From an uncultured Bacteroidales bacterium (GTDB lineage Bacteria > Bacteroidota > Bacteroidia > Bacteroidales > UBA7960), in assembly GCA_964348755.1 (NCBI GenBank), contig CAYGDW010000004.1, positions 18,766 to 82,765 of the forward strand: DNA of 64,000 nt. Reading direction: 5' to 3'. The notes beneath the pieces are model-generated. The model made no database searches. It was given only the letters and a program-made list of their open reading frames with translations, and had not been told where the DNA came from. Positions 1 through 9,619 of the stretch are shown piece after piece. The stretch's first letter is position 1. Every line of letters begins with the position of its first letter. The translations under genes were made by a program, and so were the position numbers.

Positions 1-985
1 TCACTGCTCCGTACATTTCTAAAAGATTCTCATGTACGCCGAGCTGTTTGGTTTTTAATTCGTTAGAGTAAGCAACAATGCTGCCCTTGAAATAAGCGCT
101 GCTTCCTGCCACGCTCGTAATTTTGTGTGCCAAAAAGCCTCCGGTACAGCTTTCGGCCGTTGAAATAGTAAGTTTCCTGTCTTTCAACAGTCCTCCAACC
201 ACTCCCTGCAGGGTTTGGTTATCGAAGCCCCACACGTATTGCGGTATGAGCTTCAGCAACTTTTCCTCTTCATAAGCAAGGGCGCTTTTTAATTCAGATT
301 CGCTCGGACCACTGGCGCTGAGCCTAAGCCTAACCTGGCCCGCCGATGGCAGGTAGGCCAGTTTGCAAAACGGGGGGAGGTTGTTTTCCCAAACGGATAT
401 GATTTCTGAAAGAAATGACTCGCCAATACCCTGGGTTAATATGGTGCGATGAATTATAAACCTGTTTTGTTGGCGTTTTTTAAGCGCTGGCAAAACATGA
501 TCTTCCATCATGGCTTTCATTTCGAAAGGGACACCTGGCATTGCCACACAAATTTTTTGCTGCCTCTCAAACCAGAGGCCAGGTGCGGTGCCTTTTTTGT
601 TGCGTAAAACGCGGGCTCCTACGGGTACCATGGCTTGCTGGTGGTTCAGTTCGGTTATGCCCAGGTTGCGACGGCCAAAAAGTGCAACTACATCTTCGAG
701 CACTTCGTTATTCAAAACCAGGTCTGTATTAAAAAACCGGCAAAGTGCCGCTTTAGTAACATCGTCGCGCGTGGGGCCAAGGCCACCGGTTAGCAGCAGC
801 AGTTCTGTCCGCTCAAAGGCCTCCGAGAGTATTCTAACGATTTCGCCTTCAGTATCTGAAACAACCGATACCTGCCTTACACTTATTCCTACCCCATTGA
901 GCTGCTCGGCAATCCAGGCTGCATTGCTGTTTTCAATCTGCCCAATAAGCAGTTCTTCGCCAATTGTAATTATTTCTGCCTGCAA
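1..985 (-). CDS. cinA: CinA-family competence/damage-inducible protein (MoCF-binding N-domain plus PncC-like nicotinamide-nucleotide amidohydrolase C-domain); 3' end cut by the window edge
   Basis: My own minus-strand translation; the ORF is absent from the track because it runs off the edge. N-terminus reads (TTG)QAEIITIGEELLIGQIENSNAAWIAEQLNGVGI...LLLTGGLGPTRDDVTK...MPGVPFEMK. Near base 1, in the same frame, it reads TAESCTGGFLAHKITSVAGSSAYFKGSIVAYSNE. The TTG start at 985-983 is tentative. Confidence 0.8.
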   Translation of the reverse strand, partial: MQAEIITIGEELLIGQIENSNAAWIAEQLNGVGISVRQVSVVSDTEGEIVRILSEAFERTELLLLTGGLGPTRDDVTKAALCRFFNTDLVLNNEVLEDVVALFGRRNLGITELNHQQAMVPVGARVLRNKKGTAPGLWFERQQKICVAMPGVPFEMKAMMEDHVLPALKKRQQNRFIIHRTILTQGIGESFLSEIISVWENNLPPFCKLAYLPSAGQVRLRLSASGPSESELKSALAYEEEKLLKLIPQYVWGFDNQTLQGVVGGLLKDRKLTISTAESCTGGFLAHKITSVAGSSAYFKGSIVAYSNELKTKQLGVHENLLEMYGAV

Positions 986-1086
986 TTTGTATTTGTATTT
1001 AATGGCCCTAAGGTAGCAAAAATAGGTAATTAAGCAATTTATTAATAAATTTGCCCTTTGTGGGAAACCATTTCTAATCTTGTATT

Positions 1087-1959
1087 ATGCAGCAGTTAAA
1101 AGAATCAGAATTAGTCCTTAATCCCGATGGGAGTGTTTACCATCTTCACCTAATGCCCGAAGATGTTGCCCCTACGGTTATTTTGGTTGGCGATCAGCAC
1201 CGGGTTCCGGTCATTTCAAAATATTTCGATAAAATTGAAATAAAAAAATCGGGCAGGGAGTTTGTTACGCATACCGGGTGGCTAAACGGAAAAAGAATTA
1301 CTGCCCTTTCAACCGGAATTGGCACCGACAATATCGATATTGTAATCAATGAGCTTGATGCAGCCGTTAATATAGATTTGGAGAAAAAAACCCAAAAACA
1401 GGAACATACCTCACTTGACCTTATCAGGCTGGGAACTTCCGGAGCCCTCCAGGTCGGTATTGAAGTTGACAGAATGGTAGCCTCGGAGTATGGTCTTGGC
1501 TTTGATGGGTTGTTAAACTTTTACAGCTACAACGAAACGATCCTTGAAAAGGAGATGTCCGAAGCTTTTATGCAGCATACACTCTGGAGTCCTCGCCTGC
1601 CTTACCCTTATATCGTAAAAGCATCAGGTCAGCTGCTGCATAAACTCTCCTTTGATATGACCAAAGGCATTACGGCTACGGCCAATGGCTTTTACGGTCC
1701 GCAGGGCAGGCAACTCCGCATTCCGCTGGCTTTTCCAGAACTTAACGAGCGAATTGAAAGTTTCAGGTTTCAAAACCATTGCATTACCAATTTTGAAATG
1801 GAAACCTCGGCACTTTATGCATTGGGCCGTATTTTGGGGCATAACACTCTTACAATTTGCGACATTATTGCCAATAGGGTTACAAAGCAATTCAGCAAAG
1901 ATTACAAAGCCTCTGTTGAGAGAATGATTCAAGTGGTGCTTGAACGAATTACTTCTTAA
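1087..1959 (+). CDS. nucleoside phosphorylase (PNP/UDP phosphorylase family)
   Basis: 290-aa ORF. The pattern VILVGDQHRV...TGIGTDNIDIVINEL...RLGTSGAL...EMETSALY fits the PNP_UDP_1 fold. Substrate is not assignable. Confidence 0.65.
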   Translation: MQQLKESELVLNPDGSVYHLHLMPEDVAPTVILVGDQHRVPVISKYFDKIEIKKSGREFVTHTGWLNGKRITALSTGIGTDNIDIVINELDAAVNIDLEKKTQKQEHTSLDLIRLGTSGALQVGIEVDRMVASEYGLGFDGLLNFYSYNETILEKEMSEAFMQHTLWSPRLPYPYIVKASGQLLHKLSFDMTKGITATANGFYGPQGRQLRIPLAFPELNERIESFRFQNHCITNFEMETSALYALGRILGHNTLTICDIIANRVTKQFSKDYKASVERMIQVVLERITS

Positions 1960-1971
1960 ATCCATTTTGCA

Positions 1972-2874
1972 ATGGATAGCGATACTAAAATCAGAGAAAT
2001 GCAGGCGCTGGTAAGCCTGATTGACGACCCCGACCTTGATGTGTTCAGGGAGGTGTCAGAAAAAATTCATGATTTTGGATCCGATGCTATTCCATACCTT
2101 CAAAAAGCCTGGGACAACTGTCTTGATCCCTTGGTGCAAAACCGCATTGAAACACTTATGCACCAGATCAACCTCGATAAAGTAATCGAAGAGTTAATCA
2201 AGGCATTTGATAAAAATTGCAAGGATTTGTTTGGGGCATGGGTGTCGCTATCACGGTTTCAATATCCGGGACTCAACGAAGAAGACCTTCAATACGAATT
2301 AAACCAGATTAGAAAGGATATTTGGCTTGAGCTAAACGAAAATCTCACCGCCCTTGAACAGGTAAAGGTATTTAACCACGTGTTTTTCGATATTCATGGC
2401 TTTGTTGCTAATATCGACAACTATCATTCGGCCGATAACTCATTTATTAACAAGGTATTGCATAGCCGCAAAGGCAACCCGCTCTCGCTTAGTGTGGTTT
2501 ACCTGCTCATTGCCCAAAGCATTGATCTACCCATACATGGGGTAAATCTGCCCGAGCATTTTGTGCTTGCTTATACTGGCCGGGCTTTCGATCCCCAAAC
2601 CCTTCGCATGGAGGATAACAAAGTGTTGTTTTATATTAACCCCTTTAGCCGGGGCATGGTGTTTTCGGCCCAGGAGGTGGAAAAATTTATAAGGAAATTA
2701 AACCTTGAGCCTATACCAGCCTTTGTTGAGCCATGCAGCAATTGCGAGATAGTGCTTAGAATGATCAACAATCTGATAAATGCTTACGAAACCGACGGCA
2801 CACACCTAAAAAAGCGCGAAATGGAGCATATCAGGGCGGTGCTGGTAAAGAAATATAAAAGGGACGCTGTTTAG
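1972..2874 (+). CDS. transglutaminase-like / SirB1-family protein
   Basis: 300-aa ORF. The core RKGNPLSLSVVYLLIAQSIDLPIHGVNLPEHFVLAY resembles the SirB1/transglutaminase-like core as I recall it. Confidence 0.55.
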   Translation: MDSDTKIREMQALVSLIDDPDLDVFREVSEKIHDFGSDAIPYLQKAWDNCLDPLVQNRIETLMHQINLDKVIEELIKAFDKNCKDLFGAWVSLSRFQYPGLNEEDLQYELNQIRKDIWLELNENLTALEQVKVFNHVFFDIHGFVANIDNYHSADNSFINKVLHSRKGNPLSLSVVYLLIAQSIDLPIHGVNLPEHFVLAYTGRAFDPQTLRMEDNKVLFYINPFSRGMVFSAQEVEKFIRKLNLEPIPAFVEPCSNCEIVLRMINNLINAYETDGTHLKKREMEHIRAVLVKKYKRDAV

Positions 2875-2900
2875 TGTCCCTTTGTTAATTCTTGCCTTCC

Positions 2901-4169
2901 TTATTTTGTAAGTTCTTCTTTTATTTTGGCAACCGGCAGTTTATCAGTCATTCCATCTTCTTCAATGGTTTTAAAGATTGACTCTGTGCTTATTATGCCT
3001 GTTTTCAGTGCAAAGTAAAAGATAGAGAAAATGGAGGCATTTCTTGCGCCTATACCCCTGAAGTCATGTAGTATAACTTTTGCACCGGTTTCCGGCACAT
3101 TCAGGCTTTGGTCAATAAACAACAATCCTTCCTTCATTTTTGAGATACGCTGCTTATTGTGGGCAAGGCCATCGGCCGAAGTAATTACTACTATATCCGG
3201 AACAGCAATTCCATGAAAATGAATGTCGTTGGGCGAAAGGTTGATTTCGGCGGTTGAAAAACCTACGCCAACCGTAACTGGGTAACTCCCCTTTTGGGTT
3301 ACTGCAAGCCCCGAACGCATAGCCGCCTTACTAAGAAGGCTGGCCGCCAATTGAACACCCTCGCCTGCCGACCCGCTCAAAATTATAGAAGTGTTATTCT
3401 TTAGGTAGCTATTAAAAGTTTTGGATACAGGTTTTGTTTTGGATAAAAGGTTTGGCGTTTTTTTGCCCTGTTCAATCATAAAGGGGGTGCGTACATTAAT
3501 CCATTCGCCGATGGCTTTTCCTGAGCTGGCAACTACTTCGCTCAGTTTTCTTTTTGGGTTGAGTTTTACCCCATAGCTTGGGCATATTTCCATAACTTCG
3601 GTCAACGAAAACCCGGGCGTGCCAAATGCCAAAGCCAGTTTGTCAGAAAAATCGCCAATTCCCATTATGCGGCTTACATAAGTTGCTCCGGCCGTATGCG
3701 AAAGTGCACAAATATCGTAGCCCGACCAGGGATTACCTTCAAATGAAGTGGTGGTGTTGAATCCAAGTGGGGTAAGGCCGCTGGTTTGCCCTCCGGTCAT
3801 ACCATACAGAAAGTTGTTGTGCACCACAACGGTCATGTTCAGGTTGAGTCGGGCGGATTCAAGAATATGCTGCAAACCAATGGTGGCGCCTCCATCGCCA
3901 ATAAAAACAATTACTTTTTTGCCTGGATTTTCAATACCGAAAGTAATGCCGGCACCAAGGGCCGCCGAGCGGCCGTGAAGCCCATGAACAGTATGTGTAT
4001 TCAGGCACTTGTCAATAATGCCATGGCAGCCAATGTCGGTTACAATAATTACATCAAGTGGCTCGTAACCAAGCTTTTCAAGCGCACGGCTTGTATTTTT
4101 TGCTATCAGGTCGTGGCCACAACCCTTGCAAAACGGAAGGGCATCGGTATTTAAAAATGGTACTTTCAT
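2901..4169 (-). CDS. 2-oxoacid:ferredoxin oxidoreductase, TPP-binding beta subunit fused to a gamma-like C-terminal domain
   Basis: 422 aa. The N-terminus CKGCGHD...DIGCHG...GRSAALGAGI...FIGDGGATIGLQH...NNFLYGMTGGQ is the TPP-binding beta signature. The C-terminal ~180 aa (ILSGSAGEGVQLAASLL...) looks like the OFOR gamma domain. Its start overlaps the upstream stop as ATGA. Confidence 0.75.
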   Translation of the reverse strand: MKVPFLNTDALPFCKGCGHDLIAKNTSRALEKLGYEPLDVIIVTDIGCHGIIDKCLNTHTVHGLHGRSAALGAGITFGIENPGKKVIVFIGDGGATIGLQHILESARLNLNMTVVVHNNFLYGMTGGQTSGLTPLGFNTTTSFEGNPWSGYDICALSHTAGATYVSRIMGIGDFSDKLALAFGTPGFSLTEVMEICPSYGVKLNPKRKLSEVVASSGKAIGEWINVRTPFMIEQGKKTPNLLSKTKPVSKTFNSYLKNNTSIILSGSAGEGVQLAASLLSKAAMRSGLAVTQKGSYPVTVGVGFSTAEINLSPNDIHFHGIAVPDIVVITSADGLAHNKQRISKMKEGLLFIDQSLNVPETGAKVILHDFRGIGARNASIFSIFYFALKTGIISTESIFKTIEEDGMTDKLPVAKIKEELTK

Positions 4170-5284
4170 CGCTTTACCTCCTCAATAATTTCTTCCGGGC
4201 TGATCATTCTGCCAAGACTGCCAACAACGGAAATGTTTGCCGGAATATGATGTCCGAAAAAAAGGCTCCTCAACTGATGGTTTATGTTTTCTTCGGCAAT
4301 CACAACTTTTTCATGTTTCCTGAAAATTTCCAGGTAAACATCTGGGGTGGGGATTAGTGTTTTTGGAATGAGCAAGGAGACCTTCTCATGTTGCTTCCTA
4401 AGCAACTCTACGGCATCAATGGCTGCCGAAGAAGTAATGCCATAAGCCACAACAAGCTTGTTTGCACCTTTTTGTTCATCGAGTGTGTAATAGTTGTGAG
4501 CTTTCATGCGCTGCAATATTTTTTCTTCCAACCTGCGGGTGTTCTCCATCGATTCATTGTTGGAATGCTGCAAAATGCCGGATTGGTCGTGGGTCGAAGC
4601 ATTGATTCGTACCTGGTGTTTGTTGCTCGTAACTGGCAGAAAATCCGGGACTAAATCAGTAGGTTTATATGACTTGTATTCGCAGTCCAACTCGTATTGT
4701 TTAAGTTTTGTTGGTCGAATTTCAGCCAATTTATCAAGATTAAAACTTTTGAATGTCATAACCTCTTCTTTTGATGTAAGCAGCACCACAGGAGTTCTAA
4801 GAGCAACTGCCACTTCGGCTGCTTTGGCGGCCAGGGTCCAGCAATCGATAAAATCGGCTGTGGCCAGCACTGGTATGGGGTGTCCGCCGGAAATCATACC
4901 TTTTAGCAGCAGCAGGTCGCCTTGTGCCCCGCATGTGGCAGTACCGGTTGCAGGCCCCAGCCGCTGCACCAGTATAATCACCATGGGCAGTTCCATCATA
5001 AAGGCCATGTTTATAGATTCAATCATAAGTGCAAAGCCCGGAAACGATGTGGCAGTAACCGGCAGTTTTCCGGTTGCGGCCAATCCGCTCATCCATTGCA
5101 GAGTGGTAATTTCATCTGGGGCCGGAAGCATCAGATCCATCCTTTGGCTGCCATATTGGTATAGCAGGTTGGCAGGGGTAATTGGATATCCGATAAAGGC
5201 ATCGGCCCCTGCCCGGGCCAGCGCCTCAATCATTAGCCGGGACCCATCTATCAATGCACGGTTTCCCTTGGTTTTATCTTGCAT
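4166..5284 (-). CDS. 2-oxoacid:ferredoxin oxidoreductase alpha subunit
   Basis: 372 aa. IDGSRLMIEALARAGADAFIGYPITPAN...QRLGPATGTAT is typical of the OFOR alpha (pyrimidine-binding) domain. The gene is adjacent to, and translationally coupled with, the beta/gamma gene. Confidence 0.75.
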   Translation of the reverse strand: MQDKTKGNRALIDGSRLMIEALARAGADAFIGYPITPANLLYQYGSQRMDLMLPAPDEITTLQWMSGLAATGKLPVTATSFPGFALMIESINMAFMMELPMVIILVQRLGPATGTATCGAQGDLLLLKGMISGGHPIPVLATADFIDCWTLAAKAAEVAVALRTPVVLLTSKEEVMTFKSFNLDKLAEIRPTKLKQYELDCEYKSYKPTDLVPDFLPVTSNKHQVRINASTHDQSGILQHSNNESMENTRRLEEKILQRMKAHNYYTLDEQKGANKLVVAYGITSSAAIDAVELLRKQHEKVSLLIPKTLIPTPDVYLEIFRKHEKVVIAEENINHQLRSLFFGHHIPANISVVGSLGRMISPEEIIEEVKR

Positions 5285-6488
5285 AAACTACTCCTTCCTT
5301 TATAAGGTTTTCTATTTCAGATTCGGAAAATTGCAGCCACCTGCCAAGGATTTCACGGGTGTGCTGGCCATAGTGGGGCGGGGGTGTAAGGTTGGATACC
5401 GTCATTGGGTCGGTGGTCGAAAAAGCAACTGAGCGCACCCCGCTTATTCTCAGGCCTGATTCGTAATTGCCGTGAAGCAACATTTCTTTCGATTCGGGCA
5501 CTTCAAACACTTCTTTCATATTAAATACCCCACCGGCAGGAATGCTTTTTTCTTCTAATGTTTTCAGTATTTCCTCGCGAGTGTACTTTTGCACAAGTTC
5601 CTGAATAATTTCATTTATTTCGGTCTTGTTTTTCACCCTGTCCTGGTTGCGTGCAAATCGGGGGTCGTTTGCCAGCTCATTACGGCCAAGTGCGGTTATC
5701 AGTTCACGGTATTGTTTGTCGGTACCGGCGGCAATTACAATACCTTTGCCATCGGCGGTGTTGTATATGGTACCATAAGGCACAATGTTGGGGTGGTCTG
5801 AGCCAAGCCTTTGCGGAATGGAGCCGCCAACCAGCCAGTTTGTGGCCTGGTTGGCCAATGATGAAATACCCGCCCTGAACAATGATGCTTCAATGTATTG
5901 GCCCTTGCCGGTTCGCTCGCGATAAAGCAATGCCAGCAAAATTGCTTCCTTCAAATGGTGGGCCGCCAAAATGTCCATGAGGGCTACCGGCATTTTGGTA
6001 GGGGGGCCGTCGGCTTCGCCATTCATGTAGGTGAAACCACTCTCGGCCTGTATTATGGCATCGAACCCTGCACGACGATTTTTGAGGCCATAACCTGTTA
6101 AATGCGAGTAAATTATCTTTGGATTGTGTGCCTTCAGGGTAGGGTAGTCAACCTTCAATTTTTCGGCATCGCCTGGTTTGTAACTAACAAGTACTATGTC
6201 GCACTGGCTGGTAAGCTTGTAAATTATTTCGAGCCCTGCTGGCTGGCACAAGTCAACTGCAAAAGAAGATTTTCCCCAGTTTACGCTCGAAAAATATCCC
6301 GAAATGTCGGTGTCGGCAGGTTCTTTGGGTAGTTTCCAGTTGCGCGTTACATCTCCCTGAGTGATAACATTTTCTACCTTTATAACAGTGGCTCCCAACT
6401 CGGCAAAGAACATTCCCACGCTGGGGCCAGCCAGCACACTTGCCAGTTCAAGTACTTTTATTCCCGACAAGGGAGTTTTTTCTGTCAT
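5274..6488 (-). CDS. family III CoA-transferase (CaiB/BaiF/Frc-like)
   Basis: 404 aa. PLSGIKVLELASVLAGPSVGMFFAELGATVIKVE...D is the canonical N-terminus of the family. The substrate is unknown. Confidence 0.8.
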   Translation of the reverse strand: MTEKTPLSGIKVLELASVLAGPSVGMFFAELGATVIKVENVITQGDVTRNWKLPKEPADTDISGYFSSVNWGKSSFAVDLCQPAGLEIIYKLTSQCDIVLVSYKPGDAEKLKVDYPTLKAHNPKIIYSHLTGYGLKNRRAGFDAIIQAESGFTYMNGEADGPPTKMPVALMDILAAHHLKEAILLALLYRERTGKGQYIEASLFRAGISSLANQATNWLVGGSIPQRLGSDHPNIVPYGTIYNTADGKGIVIAAGTDKQYRELITALGRNELANDPRFARNQDRVKNKTEINEIIQELVQKYTREEILKTLEEKSIPAGGVFNMKEVFEVPESKEMLLHGNYESGLRISGVRSVAFSTTDPMTVSNLTPPPHYGQHTREILGRWLQFSESEIENLIKEGVVYAR

Positions 6489-7981
6489 GACACTTTATGG
6501 CTTTCGTTTTCCTTTTCAACCAATGGCTGCAATTTTTTTTTGCTTTTCGCAATAGTATTTCCGATAATAATAAATAACAAGGCTGCACCCACTGCCACAT
6601 AGGTGTCTTCAATGTCAATAATTCCCAAAATGCGAAGCAAAATGTTTACCAGCACGGCGAGTGTACCGCCAAAAAACGCCAGCCTAACGCCTTCAAGGGT
6701 AATCCAGCCGCGTTTATAAATGCCCATCATAATAACAATAGCGCCTATGGCCCTAATGCCGTATGAAATATAGGCCGTGCTGAGTATTGCGCCCGATGCA
6801 AAAAACGCCAGTGGAATAGTAAAAAGGTTGACTATGATAACCAATTTTCGGGCTGTTGAGATTATTTTCTGATCGGGAGCGGTTTTGTTTATCAGTCCGT
6901 GGTAAATGTCTTTTGTTGCTATAGTTACCACTGCAAAGTTTACCGGGCCAACGGTCGAAAGTATAGCTGCAAATATTCCCGAAAGGGCAATGCCTCCAAG
7001 CACCGGGTGTATAAATTCGGGAGTTACCATTAGGGTAGGCAGCACCATTTTGGGGTTTATCGCTTGCAGGGCGCCGTCCCAAAGGGGGCTGCCCGGCCCG
7101 GTGGTGCTAAAAAAGTTTCCGGTTTTTGCCACCAGGCCCAATAGCGCAACCAGAATTCCGAAAGGTGCAATAATAAATGCCGACAGAATTGCTGATTTTT
7201 TTGCTATTGAAGCGCTTCGAGCAGCAAATATGGGTTGTATGCTGGCTTGCCCTGCCATGCCTCCGAGTACGCCTCCCAAAATAAGGCTCCAGGCAAAGCC
7301 CAACCCTCCGCTAAATGGGTTGTAAAGGTTTTCAGGCGACCCCTGGGCAATTAAGGTTTCCCTGAGGGCTGCAAATCCACCAACTTCGTTTACACCAACA
7401 AAAGCGGCTGTGCCAATGCCAAAAAACATTACAATAACATGTATTATGCCTGTAATTGCCAGAGCATGCATGCCACCAACATAGGTATAAATGGTAATTA
7501 CTACAGAAGAAATAATAACCGATTGCAGCCATGAAGTGTCAAACATTGCCGAAATGACACTGGCTGCAGTTTGGAGCTGTACAAAGGCCAGCACAATATA
7601 AGCAAACAGAAAGGCAATGGCCGAGATTGCCCGGGCCCGTTTCCCGAAAAGATTTTCGAGCATTTCGCTGACAGTATGCACATTGTTTTCGCGGTAGTGG
7701 CGCGCCACGGTAAATCCGATAATCACCATGCCAATGGCCGTGGAGATGTTGTAAAGTATGGGCTGCATGGTGCCCGTGGTAAAGGCTTTTTCACTCACAC
7801 CTATGGTGCTCATACCGCCAAGCCATTCAGAAGCTACCACAACCGCACAGGCAATTACGCCAAGGTTGCGGCCGGCAACCAAATAATCGGCAGCCGAACG
7901 GCTTGCAACTTTTTTTGTTAATAATGAAATAATGGTAATAAGGCCAAAGTAGGCTACAACAATAAGCAGGTATATGTTCAT
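6485..7981 (-). CDS. sodium:solute symporter family transporter
   Basis: 498 aa and highly hydrophobic with many predicted TM segments. YLVAGRNLG near the N-terminus is the SSF hallmark. Its stop overlaps the CoA-transferase start as ATGA. Confidence 0.75.
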   Translation of the reverse strand: MNIYLLIVVAYFGLITIISLLTKKVASRSAADYLVAGRNLGVIACAVVVASEWLGGMSTIGVSEKAFTTGTMQPILYNISTAIGMVIIGFTVARHYRENNVHTVSEMLENLFGKRARAISAIAFLFAYIVLAFVQLQTAASVISAMFDTSWLQSVIISSVVITIYTYVGGMHALAITGIIHVIVMFFGIGTAAFVGVNEVGGFAALRETLIAQGSPENLYNPFSGGLGFAWSLILGGVLGGMAGQASIQPIFAARSASIAKKSAILSAFIIAPFGILVALLGLVAKTGNFFSTTGPGSPLWDGALQAINPKMVLPTLMVTPEFIHPVLGGIALSGIFAAILSTVGPVNFAVVTIATKDIYHGLINKTAPDQKIISTARKLVIIVNLFTIPLAFFASGAILSTAYISYGIRAIGAIVIMMGIYKRGWITLEGVRLAFFGGTLAVLVNILLRILGIIDIEDTYVAVGAALLFIIIGNTIAKSKKKLQPLVEKENESHKVS

Positions 7982-8233
7982 AAAATTGCTGCTTTTGGTT
8001 TTTTATTGGTAAATTCAATCTGCATTAAAGAGCCGTATTTTTTTTGGGAATCTACAACCTTGGTATGTTTTTAAACAGTATTTTTTTAAAATAAAGTCAT
8101 TTGGCTCGCCAGTTGTGGCGGCAAAAATAAAGAATTAAATCAACAAGCAAAAGTTTTAAAGAAGGCATTTTGCCACTTAACCACTTTTTCTGATTAACTA
8201 TATTTCCTGAAGTTTTGAAAGTTGAGTGCCGGT

Positions 8234-9553
8234 TCAAAGGCATTCAATAACCTTTTCCATTTGCATACCGCGCGAGCCTTTAACGAGTATATGGTAGCCG
8301 CGAAACGGGTTTTTTAAAAGCCAACTGGCTGCGGCAATTGCTGTATCAAAAACAATGAAGTCTTTGCGGGCGGGGGCAACCGATTTGAATTCGGGTCCTA
8401 CAAGTATAATTAATTCAAACTTCTTTTGTAAAAGCAGGTTTATAATGTGTTTATGTTCCATTGGACTGCTGCTGCCCATCTCAAGCATATCGCCAAGCAT
8501 GACCGCCCTGGGTTTGTTCCCAAATTCCGAAAAACTTTCAATGGCTGCTTCCATACTCGTGGGGTTGGCGTTGTAGGCGTCGAGCAAAATTGTGTTGCGG
8601 CCGTTTTCAATTAGTTGCGAGCGGCTATTGGCCGGAACGTAGCTTTCAATAGCTTTTATAGCTTTTGTGGGGCTTACGCCGAAATAAAGACCAATTGTTA
8701 AGGCAGCCATAATGTTTTCGAAATTGTAAACTCCTACCAGCCGGGTGTTTATATGTCCGGTTGTTCCTTTTAGGGCCTTCCCGAATTTTTTATTTACTTT
8801 AAAACTTATTCCAATAAATGGTTTGTTTTGGTTTACTTGCCCACTGCAATGGTGTTTTTCATTTTGCCCGTAAAAAATCCTGTTTCCTTCCGATTTTTCG
8901 CACAACAGCGGGTTGTCGCCGTTTATAAAAACCAGGCCGTTGTGCCTGTTAACGTGTTTGTATAGTTCTGTTTTAGTCAAAATAATGTTTTCAAGACTTC
9001 CGAAGCCTTCCAGGTGGGCCTTGCCAATATTGGTAATCAGCCCGAAGTTAGGAAGTGCAAATTCTGAAAGTTGCCCAACCTCGCCCACGTGATTTGCCCC
9101 CATTTCAATAATTGCCATTTGGTGCTCAGGCCCCAGGCTAAGCAAAGTAAGGGGAACGCCAATGTGGTTGTTGAGGTTGCCTTTGGTTGCCAGGGTGCTA
9201 AAGGTTGTTGAAAGCACTGCATGCACAAGCTCTTTTGTGGTAGTTTTGCCGTTGCTGCCGGTTATGCCTACTACCGGCAAATTAAAATGTTTGCGATGCA
9301 ACAGGCTAAGATTCTGCAGGGTGGCCAGTACATCATCAACAGTAAATATATTTGGTGCTGAAAATGAGCGATCATCAGCCACAGCGGCTACGCATCCCTT
9401 TTCCAAGGCTAGATTTACAAACAGGTTTCCATTGAAATTATCACCTTTTAGCGCAAAAAAAATGTTGCCGGGTTTGGCCATTCGGCTGTCGGTGCAAACT
9501 GTATGGCCATTTAAAACCAGCTGGTGTAGCTTATTGAGAATTTTAGATTCCAT
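8234..9553 (-). CDS. murF: UDP-N-acetylmuramoyl-tripeptide--D-alanyl-D-alanine ligase
   Basis: 439 aa. Motifs include TDSRMAKPGNIFFALKGDNFNG and VGITGSNGKTTTKE (the Mur ligase P-loop), followed by a Mur ligase C-domain. The gene lies downstream of gldJ, as in flavobacteria. Confidence 0.9.
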   Translation of the reverse strand: MESKILNKLHQLVLNGHTVCTDSRMAKPGNIFFALKGDNFNGNLFVNLALEKGCVAAVADDRSFSAPNIFTVDDVLATLQNLSLLHRKHFNLPVVGITGSNGKTTTKELVHAVLSTTFSTLATKGNLNNHIGVPLTLLSLGPEHQMAIIEMGANHVGEVGQLSEFALPNFGLITNIGKAHLEGFGSLENIILTKTELYKHVNRHNGLVFINGDNPLLCEKSEGNRIFYGQNEKHHCSGQVNQNKPFIGISFKVNKKFGKALKGTTGHINTRLVGVYNFENIMAALTIGLYFGVSPTKAIKAIESYVPANSRSQLIENGRNTILLDAYNANPTSMEAAIESFSEFGNKPRAVMLGDMLEMGSSSPMEHKHIINLLLQKKFELIILVGPEFKSVAPARKDFIVFDTAIAAASWLLKNPFRGYHILVKGSRGMQMEKVIECL

Positions 9554-9568
9554 GGAGCTAAATTAAAT

Positions 9569-9598
9569 AAAAAACCCCATCTGCAAAATCAGACGGGG
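9569..9598 (-). terminator. rho-independent terminator between gldJ and murF
   Basis: The minus strand reads CCCCGTCTG-ATTTTG-CAGATGGGG followed by TTTTTT. That is a 9-bp stem with one A.C mismatch, located 22 nt after the gldJ stop. Confidence 0.6.
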
Positions 9599-9619
9599 TT
9601 TGTTTTGGTTGAATCTCTT

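Noticed and set aside
510-1016. 168-aa plus-strand ORF (and the nested 541..732 ORF) with Ser/Pro/Arg-rich low-complexity sequence
   Set aside because: It lies antisense to a convincing CinA-family gene whose translation I could read along the whole region. Its composition looks like a shadow frame.
4506-5432. Long antisense ORFs inside well-supported genes: 4506..5432(+), 15379..16065(-), 21048..21668(-), 35449..36039(-), 48566..49312(-), 58715..59458(+)
   Set aside because: Each is fully embedded opposite a gene with strong family motifs (OFOR alpha, porU, recQ, hutU, the large outer-membrane protein, purE and gene X). None has a recognisable motif. They are typical shadow ORFs.
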